DNA from: an uncultured Acidimicrobiales bacterium
GTDB lineage: Bacteria > Actinomycetota > Acidimicrobiia > Acidimicrobiales > UBA10347
Length of the DNA stretch: 64,000 bases
Reading direction: 5' to 3'
Assembly: GCA_943788915.1 (NCBI GenBank)
Contig: CALSSD010000010.1
Span: forward strand, 310,001 to 374,000
Both the position numbers and the translations under genes were made by a program. The notes beneath the pieces were generated by a model. That model saw only the letters and a list, made by a program, of their open reading frames with translations, did not search any database and was not told the origin of the DNA. Position 1 is the stretch's first letter. The number at the start of each line of letters is the position of its first letter. This document shows positions 19,365 through 29,588 of the stretch, piece after piece.

Positions 19365-19906
19365 GGCTCACTGCTCCGGGATTCGCTGTTGTTGCTGCGC
19401 ACGTCGTCGAGCGGAGCGTGTCGATAGACGGCTGCGGTGCCGTAACGGTTCTCGACGGTGCCATCGAGGGTGGCCCCGAGCCGCTCAGCGACACGAGCCG
19501 AAGCCGTATTCGCGAGGGCGACAACGCTGACCGCAGTCGGCCAGTCAAAGTCCTCGTACGCGGCGATCAGAGCACGGCGAGCAGCTTCGGTGGCGTAACC
19601 CTTGCCATGGTGGGCCGGAACCAGCGCCCACGTGATCTCGGGTTCGGGCCAGCCTTCGGGAAACCACAACCCGCTCAGACCGACAAACTCGCCGGTCGAT
19701 TTCTCTTCGAGAGCCCACGGTCCATAACCACGCAACGCCCAGTGGCCGGGATAGACCGCGAACTTACGCCATGCGTCTTCGCGGCCGCACGGCCCCCCAT
19801 AGAACGACGAAACAGGGTCGGCGTAGAAGCCGGCCATTGGGCCGAAGTCCTCGTCACGGAAATCGCGCAGCACCAGCCGCTCCGTCTCGAGCACAGGAAC
19901 CGGCAT
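19361..19906 (-). CDS. GNAT N-acetyltransferase (RimJ/RimL-like)
   Basis: LETERLVLR, GKGYATEAA, N.AS.RVAERLG. Confidence 0.9.
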   Translation of the reverse strand: MPVPVLETERLVLRDFRDEDFGPMAGFYADPVSSFYGGPCGREDAWRKFAVYPGHWALRGYGPWALEEKSTGEFVGLSGLWFPEGWPEPEITWALVPAHHGKGYATEAARRALIAAYEDFDWPTAVSVVALANTASARVAERLGATLDGTVENRYGTAAVYRHAPLDDVRSNNSESRSSEP

Positions 19907-19912
19907 GTCTCG

Positions 19913-20561
19913 TTAACTCACGATCGGATTCTTGTAGGTGTCGAGGAACGTGATCTCAGATACCGGTGCACGTTTGGCCGGCTTGAAAGTCGGTCCCCTT
20001 GGTGTATGCCACCGGCAGGAGTCCCGCCTGGCTCATGTGGTCAGGGATGCCGAGCAACTCGGCTGCTTCGGCCTCGGCAGCAAGGTGCAGGGTGGTGTAA
20101 CAGCTGCCTAGTCCACGGCTGCGGAGCGCCAGTTGGAAGCTCCACATTGCTGGGATGATCGACCCGAAGAGACCAGCGGCGGAGTTGGTGGTGCCATCGT
20201 CGAGCCGGCCGACGATCATTGGGATGACCATGACGGGGACCTCACCGAGCTTCTGTGCCAGGAAGTTCGCTGAATCCATCACTCGTCCGGATTGGCTTCC
20301 TTTTTCGGCCTCGGCTGCTGCGGTCGCGAGGTAGTCGCCGCCGACACGGCGGTAGATGTCGGCGAGCGCTTCTTTCTTTTCGGCATCTCGCACAACCAGC
20401 CAGCGCCAACCCTGACGGTTCGAACCCGTGGGAGCTTGTACCGCAAGCTGGAGGCATTCGAGGAGGACGTCGTCGGGGACCTCGCGGTCGAAGTCGAGAC
20501 GTTTGCGCACCGCCCGAGTGGTGGAGAGAAGTGCGTCGGTTTGGGCCAAGTCGAATTCCAT
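19913..20561 (-). CDS. Nitroreductase-family protein (extra base near 19986-19988 truncates C-terminus)
   Basis: LLSTTRAVRKRLD, QAPTGSNRQGW, LRSRGLGS; removing one base restores DFKPAKRAPVSEITF...stop at 19913. Confidence 0.88.
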
Positions 20562-20949
20562 CTGTCAACTGTGGCCTCTGTCGATGGCTCGCGCAAACTG
20601 AGCCACTCTGAAAGACTCGTGTGCCCGGTCCGGCGATCGGGCCCTGCATGTCCTGCATGTTGTCGGCTTTCCGAGAGACGCCAGACAGGACCTCGCAGAA
20701 GAAGAAGACGAGGCCCTTTTCAGTGCGTTCGCTCTGCGGTTAGAACAATGACGAACCGCTGTCTCGGCAGTCGGTCGACGGCCAGCCTTCTGGACGAGCC
20801 AGCAGGAGACCATCCTGGGGAAAGCTCGGAACGGCTTGTCTGGCCGCAAGGCCGGCGCGCTGTTTGCAACCGGTGTCGTCAGCGAGACGACAGCTCTTTA
20901 TCGCAAGACGTGGACGGTGCTCGAACCGCTTATGACCTGGGTCGCCGCA

Positions 20950-22509
20950 TCAGACAATTGCAGCGGGTGCAAGCCCCAGAAGCTCAGAGATTTCAGAAAT
21001 GCGATCATCGAGTTCGTCGCTATGTTCGGTCAGCGACAGGCTGGTCCGGCGTCGCAGAAAGTCTTCGACACGCGCAACCATCTCGTACTCACCGATCTCG
21101 ATGATCTCCGCTTTGAGATATCGGGGGTCGTCCCACAGGACCTCGGCAAGTGTCGGGTCTTGGACAATACGGTCGACTACAAAGTTTGCCCGTTGGCCAT
21201 AACGCCGCCACAGGATCTCTGCCGTGCTGTCGTCGATGTTGTCGTTTGCCCGGACACGAGCATCGAACCGGCTGAACTCCGAAGCTGGTGGTTCGCCGAA
21301 CCACGAGTCGTCGAGGTCGTTTGCTGCAATGCCCAATTGGGTGACCGCGTCGAGGACCTCTTCGCCGACGTTTAGGCAGTCGGTGAGTTTGCCGCCGAAG
21401 ATCGATACCACGCCGCGATCTCGGTCGATCTCGATTTCATGTTTGCGTGAGAGTTGTAGCCAGTCGCTTTCTTCGTGGTTACTCGACGCATCGACAACGA
21501 GCGGGCGCACGCCGCAGCGTTCTGAGATGACATCGGTTGCAGTCAGTGGAACGGGCAGGTCAAGCCGACGATTGATTTGGCGGAGTACAAACTCGCGGTC
21601 GTCGTCAGTCACCGACGTGGTTGGTTCGTCGACGCGAGTATCGGTCGTGCCAATCACGGAGCGATCACCCATAGGGATCACGTAATACAGACGTTCGTCT
21701 TCGTCGAAGAAGGCAAACACCCGTTCGCCGGACCCGATACGGGGGACGACGAGATGGATGCCCTTGGAGTGGGCAATCCGGTGTTCGGTCGTGACCTCGA
21801 GTTGTTTGTTGAGCTCGTCGATCCATGGCCCGGTGGCGTTCACAATGGTGCGTGCCCGCACGGTTCGAGTCGATCCATCGAGCATGTCGCGCAGACGCAA
21901 GGTCCACTGGTCGTCGTTGAAGTCGGCGTGGGCGAGTTCGGTGTAGTTCGCCGTCAGCGCGCCACGGTCGAGAGCGGCTTTTACGAAACCGAACGTGAAA
22001 CGGGCATCGTTGTCTGGCAAGTAGGCATCGGAATAGATGAGTGCGCCTTTGGCCCGGGATGTGTTGATGAGCGGTTCGATCGATTCGACTGTGCTGGGTC
22101 GTAGGACCCGGGGTCGTGCCGTAGCGAAGTTGCCGATGGCCCAATACGCCATGGCCCCCATACTCGCAAGCCACACCGGATAGGGAGAGTCTTCGTCGAA
22201 CGTTGCCAGAAACTCGATGGGTTCTACCTGGCTCGGATACGCAGCGGTCAGCCGATTTCGTGAGTTGCACAGCTTGCGCACGAGTCGAAACTCGTACGAC
22301 TGCATGTATTTGAAGCCGCCCCATACCAGGTTCGATGACTCTTGACTGGTGAGCGATGAGAAATCACCCCGGTCCACGAGTGCCGTGCTGACCCCCGCTG
22401 CAGAAAGGGCGGCTGCGGTCACGGCTCCATTGATGCCGCCGCCAATGATGGCGACATCAACAGTGGCATTGTCGAGGGCGTCGAGGAGACGGGTGCGTTG
22501 GTTTGGCAT
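20950..22509 (-). CDS. glpD: Glycerol-3-phosphate dehydrogenase/oxidase (FAD)
   Basis: IIGGGINGA, TSQESSNLVWGG.KY, NATGPW, IGTTD, GVRPL, GGKLT. Confidence 0.88.
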   Translation of the reverse strand: MPNQRTRLLDALDNATVDVAIIGGGINGAVTAAALSAAGVSTALVDRGDFSSLTSQESSNLVWGGFKYMQSYEFRLVRKLCNSRNRLTAAYPSQVEPIEFLATFDEDSPYPVWLASMGAMAYWAIGNFATARPRVLRPSTVESIEPLINTSRAKGALIYSDAYLPDNDARFTFGFVKAALDRGALTANYTELAHADFNDDQWTLRLRDMLDGSTRTVRARTIVNATGPWIDELNKQLEVTTEHRIAHSKGIHLVVPRIGSGERVFAFFDEDERLYYVIPMGDRSVIGTTDTRVDEPTTSVTDDDREFVLRQINRRLDLPVPLTATDVISERCGVRPLVVDASSNHEESDWLQLSRKHEIEIDRDRGVVSIFGGKLTDCLNVGEEVLDAVTQLGIAANDLDDSWFGEPPASEFSRFDARVRANDNIDDSTAEILWRRYGQRANFVVDRIVQDPTLAEVLWDDPRYLKAEIIEIGEYEMVARVEDFLRRRTSLSLTEHSDELDDRISEISELLGLAPAAIV

Positions 22510-22546
22510 TGTCAGGCTGGGTTCATTTTGGGACGGGGGCTGGGAC

Positions 22547-22613
22547 GGGGGCATTGTCAGACAGGGGGCATTGTCAGACAGGGGGCATTGTCAGACAGGG
22601 GGCTCAGACAGGG
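22547..22613. repeat. 17-bp tandem repeat GGGGGCATTGTCAGACA x3 plus partial copy
   Basis: Units 22547-22563, 22564-22580, 22581-22597; degenerate copy to 22613. Confidence 0.95.
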
Positions 22614-23748
22614 TTCCAGGTGTCGGTTGCCGGGTCGTGACGCAGACGACCACGGGTCGGGTCGTCGACAACCCATGCGTTCAGTGCTTCATCGAAGACT
22701 GGTTGCGGCGCTGTGGCCGCATCGGCGGTGGCATCGGCAGCCGCATCCTGCAAGGACCTCTGGACGTCGGCAGCATTCATCACGACCGTTTCTTTGGCGT
22801 CGGACATCGGGGCGGTGTGTGCTCCGACGATCGGATTCGCTGTCATTGGCGGAGTCGCTGTGATGGCAGGGCCATCGTCGACCGGCATGGTTGCCTGCGG
22901 TGGAACTGCTCCGGGCATTCCAGCAGGCGGGGTATCAACACCAAGTGGGCCGGCGGGAGAGATGCTGTCGAGGGAAGCGGCGCCAGCATCGGCCTTACGT
23001 TTGTTGATGAGGAAGAAGGCCAAGCCCGCACACAACGCTGCAACTACGACCCCAATGATGATTGGGTTAAGCCCGCCGCCCCGCCGCTACCGCCACCCGA
23101 ACCGGGTTCGGTCTGGGCGAAGAGTCGTGTCGGCGGGTTCAGAATGTCGATGTTCCAGGTGAACTTGCCATCGCTGCCGACCTCGGTCGCGTTGTTCTGA
23201 CCTTCGACGGCTCGGCCCGGCAGATCCAGGGTTAGGCGGAAGCTGGCGTCGGCGAAGAGGGCATCGACCATGGCAGCGGGGGCGTCTGATGCCTCGGAGG
23301 TGATGTCGTCGGTGTCAAAGTCGGTCTCGAAGAACCAGTTGTCGCCTTCCTTGTAGAGGCGAGCAGTGGGGTCAAGGACCTCTCGGATATTTGTTGACTG
23401 GTCGAGCGACGGGCTCAAGCTGTATTCGACACGGCTACCGCAGAAGCCGTCTTGGTCGTAGGGCGTGATTACCGCGCCAGCGGGTAGGCCGTCGGTGTCA
23501 TTGAAGTCTGATGAGAAGCCGTCGCACAGTTCGGCGGTATCGCCAAGTTCCTCTTCGGGGATGTCGAAGTCACCTAGGACCGACGTCAGCGATTCGGTGT
23601 TGAGCGCACTCAGAAAGTTGACGGTGCCGGAACCATCATCTTCGATCTTGATGGCGCCATCCACTCGAATACAGCTCGCCATGAGCAGCATGATTGCTAG
23701 CAGTCCGCCCGCTGTCTTGAACCAACGCATTAGGGATGTCCTCGCCAT
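22604..23748 (-). CDS. LppM-like lipoprotein with C-terminal TM anchor and Pro/Ala-rich tail (1-nt deletion near 23079-23082)
   Basis: Lipobox LMASC; I..DGSG and LPG...NAT motifs; frame switch in a G-run links to TM LNPIIIGVVVAALCAGLAFFL. Confidence 0.7.
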
Positions 23749-24034
23749 GTCGTGAATTACACATTGATCATAGGAGTGAAATCAGCGCTGAGGGGTAACG
23801 GAAGACGGCTGTCGCCCATCGGTCCCGGTCTGTGATTGGACACAACCGAGCGGCAACTGGGCGTGACCGAAATCCAACTGACGGTTGGGGGCCAACCGAG
23901 CTTGCCGTTTCGTGTGTGGTGTGTCACGTTCGACAGCCGTCTGCCGCATAACGGCGCGAAGCCGCTGGTTCTCGCCTTCTGATGCCGTTAGGGGTCCAAC
24001 TACCTGCACACAATTGGTCGTAGCCTTTGCGACT

Positions 24035-25381
24035 GTGTCGAGAAGTGCCCGGTTGCTCCGTGTCGTGAGCGCAGCAGCAGCTGCGGCCGGGATAGGCCTG
24101 CTGGCGTGGTGGTTCCTGGTCGGGAGCGAGCCTTCCTCGACACCGGCAGCAGAGCCAGTTGAGCAAGCCACGTTGGTACCAACTGCCCCGGCTACCGCGG
24201 TGCCAGCGCCCACTCCATCTGTTACGCCAACGCCGGTGCCAAGTCCGACACCCGTCCCCACAGCGATGCCCTTTGCCGAGGCGGCACCTCTGGGCGATCT
24301 GGCCGAAGTGCTGTCGTCGCCTCTCCCGGACTGTGGTTTGTTACGTAACGACGCGGTGGTGGCAGGGACGGTCACACTGACATGTATCGAAGAATGGTCG
24401 ACTGTGCCGGTCGTCGCTGCCGCAACAGGTCGGATCGTGGGTGTTGTGCGCTCACCGGCAGTCGATCTAGGTAGTGAACCATCGGTGCCAGGGCAATGGT
24501 CATGGGCGGAACAAGCCAGCTTGGGTCCCCATGTCATTGTCGACCACGGCCCATTCGGTGGCACGGCGAACACCCAGACCGTGTATGCGGGGTTGGCGGC
24601 TATCGAAGAAGGTATTTCGGTCGGCACTCCGATCAGTGGAGGCGAGCCATTGGGGACGATCAACGGGCCCGGGGCTTCGTTGCAGTTCTCTGTCTGGTCC
24701 GGCGACCAACGTCAAGACGGCGCGCGGGCCCTAGCGGCAGGGCCGCCCGCCGATCAGCAGCGGGCCGTAGCGCAAGCGCTTCGCGATGTAATCGCGTCGC
24801 CCACCGATGAACGATGCCCGCTTGTCCTCAGTTCCGGCTCGTTGCCGGGTGCACCCCGCAGCTATCGCAATGGAACCCATCGAGGCATTGACTTTGGATG
24901 TGGTGACGCCGGCCGTTCTGCTCATGCGATAGCCGACGGCACCGTGGTCTACCTGGTGAACGACTACGACGACCCGTCGGTTGCCGAACGCGAAGCGCTG
25001 TTACAACAGGCCGGACTGGCAGGATTCACCCCTCACTGGACGCTTGTCATGCTGTATGGGAACGTTGTTGTTGTCGACCACGGCGAGATTCCAGGAGCAG
25101 GCAGAGTCGTCACGATTTCTGCCCACTTAGAAGAAATCGATCCGTTGATTTCGCTCGGAGATCGAGTCTCTCAGGGTCAACGGCTGGGAGAGCTCGGAAA
25201 CCGAGGCACAAACGCGTCGGCCCAGGGCATACGGGGAGCGGCTGACCCAACACTGCATTTGCACTGGGAATTGTTCATCGACAACTGGTACCTGGGCTCC
25301 GGGCTCGACACCGGCACCACGATCGAGGTTACGGCTCTCGCGTTGTGTGGAGCGGCCCAGACGGCTGGGTGCCCGACCTGA
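24035..25381 (+). CDS. Membrane-anchored M23-family peptidase with two M23-like domains
   Basis: N-terminal TM, PT-rich linker; C-terminal HRGID, SAHL, HLHWE; start uncertain. Confidence 0.8.
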   Translation: MSRSARLLRVVSAAAAAAGIGLLAWWFLVGSEPSSTPAAEPVEQATLVPTAPATAVPAPTPSVTPTPVPSPTPVPTAMPFAEAAPLGDLAEVLSSPLPDCGLLRNDAVVAGTVTLTCIEEWSTVPVVAAATGRIVGVVRSPAVDLGSEPSVPGQWSWAEQASLGPHVIVDHGPFGGTANTQTVYAGLAAIEEGISVGTPISGGEPLGTINGPGASLQFSVWSGDQRQDGARALAAGPPADQQRAVAQALRDVIASPTDERCPLVLSSGSLPGAPRSYRNGTHRGIDFGCGDAGRSAHAIADGTVVYLVNDYDDPSVAEREALLQQAGLAGFTPHWTLVMLYGNVVVVDHGEIPGAGRVVTISAHLEEIDPLISLGDRVSQGQRLGELGNRGTNASAQGIRGAADPTLHLHWELFIDNWYLGSGLDTGTTIEVTALALCGAAQTAGCPT

Positions 25382-25449
25382 TCAGGTTCCTCGCGCTGCG
25401 AAGTAGCGACTGAGGCCATCGACAACGTCGCGCCAATTACGATTGTTTC

Positions 25450-27514
25450 ATCGAAGCAATCGATCTGGGCATCCCGGGACTGACCAATAGTGAACGAATA
25501 GGCGCTGGCGGCAACGCCATTGTGTACCGCGCCAGGCAAGCTGACCTTGACCGCGACATCGTCGTCAAGGTGTTGACGAATGTCGACGCGGAGACAACTC
25601 GGCGCCGGTTCGATCGTGAACGTCGAGCGATGGGCCGTCTCTCGCAGACGATTGGTATCGCTCCGCTGTACGGCAGCGGCTTCCTCGCTACCGGCCAGCC
25701 GTATTTACTGATGCCGTTTTATGCCCTCGGTAGCTTGCAGGACCATCTCGATGAGGGCGGTGCTCTGAGTGCCGAGCGGGTGCGCGACATCGGTGTGGCC
25801 ATTGCGCGTGCAGTGCACACCGCGCACGAAAACGGTGTGTTGCACCGCGACCTGAAACCAGCGAACATCTTGCTGCGCCGCTCAGGACAGCCCGATGTCG
25901 CTGATTTTGGTATCGCTCACTTGACCGACGACTCGTTGGGCGCGTCGCAAGCGTTGACCATGACGCCCCTATACACCGCCCCTGAGGTGTTCGACGGGGT
26001 CGAGTCCGGCGCTGCCAGCGACGTCTACTCCGTTGGTGCAACGCTGTTCGCTCTGCTGAACGGCCGTCCCGCATATAGCGATCCTGGCGGGTCTACGCCG
26101 GTGCTCTCACTGATGCGCCGAATTCACGAGGATCCACTTCCTCAGCTAGCCAGCGGCCGTTCCCACCGACATCGTCGCGGCCGTGTCGAAGGCCATGAGC
26201 AAGGATCCCCGCGAGCGCCACGGAAGCGCCGGCGAGTTGGCTGCTGAACTCGCGGCGGCCGATATGGCAGCTCCCCGCATGCGGACCGCGAAACCGTCAC
26301 CGGTGATGATCGCTTCGATTCTGGCCGTAGTGATGGCAGCAGCCGTGGGGGTGGCCCTCGGGTTCTTTCTTGTAGGCCGATCAGACACCACAAGTGATCC
26401 CACAGTGACATCGACGCCCGTTGAGGTGGATTCAGCGGTGCCACAGACGCCCGGATCAGGTGGACCGACGAACAGCCCAGGATCGACTACGGCAGTTGCT
26501 GAGCCGTTCGATCTGGTCGCCGCGGCATCGGTGGCCAAACAAGCGCTGGTTCGCATCGAAGCGTTCAGCTGCGCCGGGGCTCACGTCTCGACGGGAGTAG
26601 TGCTCAACGATGGGATCATCGTGACGCGCGAGCGGGTGCTCGCGGCTCCGTGGCTTGGTCCAGGTCATCGCCGGACGGCGAGACGTTTTCGCGCCACGCC
26701 CCAGCCCTCCGATGCCGCGCCGGGGTTGGCGTTCATCACGGTCGATGATGCCGACGCGTTTGATGTGCCGCACGGTGTGCAAGTCGCGCCTGGAGCTCAG
26801 GTGGCCATTGTTGGGATCGATGGCCGGCCAGCCTTGGCCTCGATCGTTGTCGACCCCAACGATGCCGACCTATTACAAGCACAAGTGGTGAATGCGGGGG
26901 CTGGCAACGCGATCGAACCAGTCGACATCATCGTTACCGACAGCGGCGGGCTGGTCGGTGTGGCCCAGGTCGGATCAGGTGAGATCGACGTCCTCACGCC
27001 AGATCGCATCCAGGGCAATGGCAGCCTCGTCGTGCCTGACTACGCATGTCGCACCCCGTTGCGCCGAGACTTGAACCCACCCGACGCCGAGTCGGCGGTG
27101 TCGCCTTCGATGAGCGAGTTGCTTACCATGCAACAACTCAGTGACGCGTATGCAAATGAACAATGGACGCTGGTGCGTCAGTTGGAACCTGGCAAGGCTG
27201 CATTGGACGATGCCAACTTCGTGGAAGGGTGGCGGCCATTGCGCCAAGGTTTCGTGTATCCCGTTGAACGTTCGGTAGTCAACGGCCTTTCCCGGTGGCG
27301 AATCGGCCTGATCGGGCACGAGACGTGGAACGGCAACGATCTGACCACGCTCTTCTGTGTGACATGGACCGTTGACCCGGTGTCCGGGGCAGTCGTGCAA
27401 ACAAACAAAGACAACGTCACTGTGCACGGCTCACAACCAGGCCAACAGCAACGACCTGGTTTCGTTGACCCGTCGGAACTGCGGCTGTCGATCCTCGACA
27501 GCTGCCCCCTCTAG
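25450..27514 (+). CDS. Hanks-type Ser/Thr protein kinase with TM and extracellular region (frameshifted near 26149)
   Basis: GAGGNAIVY, VVK, HRDLKPANILL, DFG, YTAPE, SDVYS; continues in ORF 26183-27514 (KAMSKDPRERH, TM). Confidence 0.82.
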
Positions 27515-27565
27515 CAACCTTATTGCGCGGACCGGACGGCTCTTTCGTTCGATCGTTTAGAAACC

Positions 27566-29524
27566 TTAGTTGTTGAAGCGTTCCAGCTTCGACGCGAGTT
27601 CTTCCCAACGAGCCGACAGCTTGGCGGCCAAATCTTTTGCTGAGTCAACCTGTTTGGCTAATAACGCAACTTGTGCGCCGTCGTCGTAGACCGCTGGGTC
27701 GGCGAGTTTGGCGTGAAGGGCAACCACCTTGGCCTCGGCCTTTTCCCAGTCCTTCTCGACCTTGCGAAGCTCGATACGAAGTGACTTGGTGTTCTGGTGA
27801 TGTTCGTTGCGCTCTTCGGCCTGGCCACGCTTTTCTTGTTTCCGCCCACTGCTGCTTCGAGTGTCGGTTTTCTTTGCGCTCTTCTTGGCCTTGCCGGTCA
27901 GCGAGGTGCTCAGTTTGGCAGGAATCGTGTTTTCGCCAGGCATGAGCAGACGTTCGTCGACCTCGTCGTGCACCGTGACCTTGCCGTCGCGGACTTCGAC
28001 CAAAATTTCGGCCACGTTCCGGATTAGGTGCCGGTCGTGGGTGACCAAAATGACGGTGCCGGGATAGGCCTGAAGCGCGTCTTCGAGCAGATCGCACGAC
28101 GGCAAGTCGAGGTGGTTGGTCGGTTCGTCGAGGACGAGCAAGTTGACCGGATGGACCATGGTCTTCGCCAACGCCAGCCGGGTACGTTCGCCACCACTGA
28201 GGTCACCGATCTTGCGGTCGGCGGCTTCACCGCTGAAACCAAAGCTGCCCAGGATCGTGCGCGAGTTACGCATACCTAGGTCTCCCATAGTGGCAGAAAG
28301 TTCTTCGAACGGTGATCTGGACTCAACCAGCACCTCGGTTTGGTGCTGAGCAAACGTGGCGATATCGACGTTGTTGCCGATGGTCACGGTGCCGGCCATA
28401 GGTTCGAGTTCGCCCAGCATCATCTTGACCAGCGTGGTCTTTCCTGCACCGTTCGGGCCGATGAATGCGACCTTGGAGCCGCGCTCGACGACCAGGTTGA
28501 CATTGCTGACGATGGCTTTGCCGTCGTATCCGGCGGTGACATTCTCGAGTTCGACAACGATCCGGGCTGACCGTTGCGGTTCAGGGAACCCGAACTTGGC
28601 CTTGATCGATTCGCGGGTCGGCACTTCGATCTTGTCGAGTTTTTCGAGTGTTTTGATGCGGCTCTGCACTTGGCGAGCTTTGGTTGCCTTGTAGCGGAAA
28701 CGCTCAACGAACTTTTCGACCTGTGCGACTTTGCGGGCCTGGCCAGCGGCTGCTGCCTCGATCGCCGCGATGCGTTCTTCGCGACCCACAACGAACTCGG
28801 CAAATCCGCCGATGTACTCGTTCGTCGTGCCTCCGGAGAGCTCGACAACCCGCTCGGCAACGGCATCGATGAAGTCGCGATCGTGCGACACGAAGAGCAA
28901 GGCTGAAGGCCATGCCGCGAGCTGGCGTTCGAGCCAGGCAACGCTGTCGACGTCGAGGTGGTTGGTCGGCTCATCGAGGATCAGGACATCAGGTTTGGCA
29001 ACGAGTAGTCGTGCCAGAGCGGCCCGCATACGCCAACCACCGGAGAGTTCTCGAAGCGGCTTGTCGCCGTCGGTGCCTTTGAAGCCCAGACCGGCCAGGA
29101 CCCGGTGTGCGTCGGCTTCGGCCGAGTATCCGCCTAGCTGGTCAAAGTGAGCTTGGGCATCGCTGTAGTCCTGGATCAGCTTGGGATCGTCGCCAGTCGA
29201 CGAGGTCAACCTCTCTTCGAGTTCGGCCAGGCGGGTGCGGGCTGCTTGCATACGCTCGTCGCCAGCCATGGCTTCTTCGAGCACCGTGCCCTGCGGGTCA
29301 TCAGCCAGGTCCTGCGGGAGATAACCGAGCTGCAGGTTGCTGGGTCGGTGAACGGCACCTTCGTCGGGTTCGATCTCGCCCATCAACATGCCGATGAGGG
29401 TGGTCTTGCCTGCGCCGTTACCTCCTACCAGGGCAATACGACGCCCAGGTCGGAGTTCGAGCGTGACATCTTTGAAGAGCCGACGCGCCCCAAAGGACAT
29501 TCCAAGATTCGACGCCGTAAGCAC
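27566..29524 (-). CDS. ABC-F family ribosome-associated ATPase
   Basis: Two ABC domains (GNGAGKTT, LSGGW, LDEPTNHLD x2), no TM, coiled-coil tail. Confidence 0.93.
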   Translation of the reverse strand: MLTASNLGMSFGARRLFKDVTLELRPGRRIALVGGNGAGKTTLIGMLMGEIEPDEGAVHRPSNLQLGYLPQDLADDPQGTVLEEAMAGDERMQAARTRLAELEERLTSSTGDDPKLIQDYSDAQAHFDQLGGYSAEADAHRVLAGLGFKGTDGDKPLRELSGGWRMRAALARLLVAKPDVLILDEPTNHLDVDSVAWLERQLAAWPSALLFVSHDRDFIDAVAERVVELSGGTTNEYIGGFAEFVVGREERIAAIEAAAAGQARKVAQVEKFVERFRYKATKARQVQSRIKTLEKLDKIEVPTRESIKAKFGFPEPQRSARIVVELENVTAGYDGKAIVSNVNLVVERGSKVAFIGPNGAGKTTLVKMMLGELEPMAGTVTIGNNVDIATFAQHQTEVLVESRSPFEELSATMGDLGMRNSRTILGSFGFSGEAADRKIGDLSGGERTRLALAKTMVHPVNLLVLDEPTNHLDLPSCDLLEDALQAYPGTVILVTHDRHLIRNVAEILVEVRDGKVTVHDEVDERLLMPGENTIPAKLSTSLTGKAKKSAKKTDTRSSSGRKQEKRGQAEERNEHHQNTKSLRIELRKVEKDWEKAEAKVVALHAKLADPAVYDDGAQVALLAKQVDSAKDLAAKLSARWEELASKLERFNN

Positions 29525-29588
29525 GCATGCGAGGCTATCGCTGGTCTGGTCGTAGCGGTTCAGGTCCTGTCAGTGACATTCGGCTGAC

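Noticed and set aside
10440..20950. Prophage or integrative element at tRNA-Ala
   Set aside because: No integrase, phage genes or duplicated tRNA 3' end seen
22547..22613. Possible CRISPR array
   Set aside because: Units are contiguous with no spacers, only 17 bp long, and no cas genes are in the window
23782..23950. Possible small minus-strand ORF (MRQTAVERD...QLDFGHAQLPL)
   Set aside because: No recognisable motif or RBS; cannot be distinguished from intergenic sequence
19217..24663. Long antisense/alternative-frame ORFs (e.g. 19217-20158, 20292-21104, 22349-23200, 23782-24663)
   Set aside because: Shadow ORFs of GC-rich genes with no motifs, overlapping well-supported CDSs
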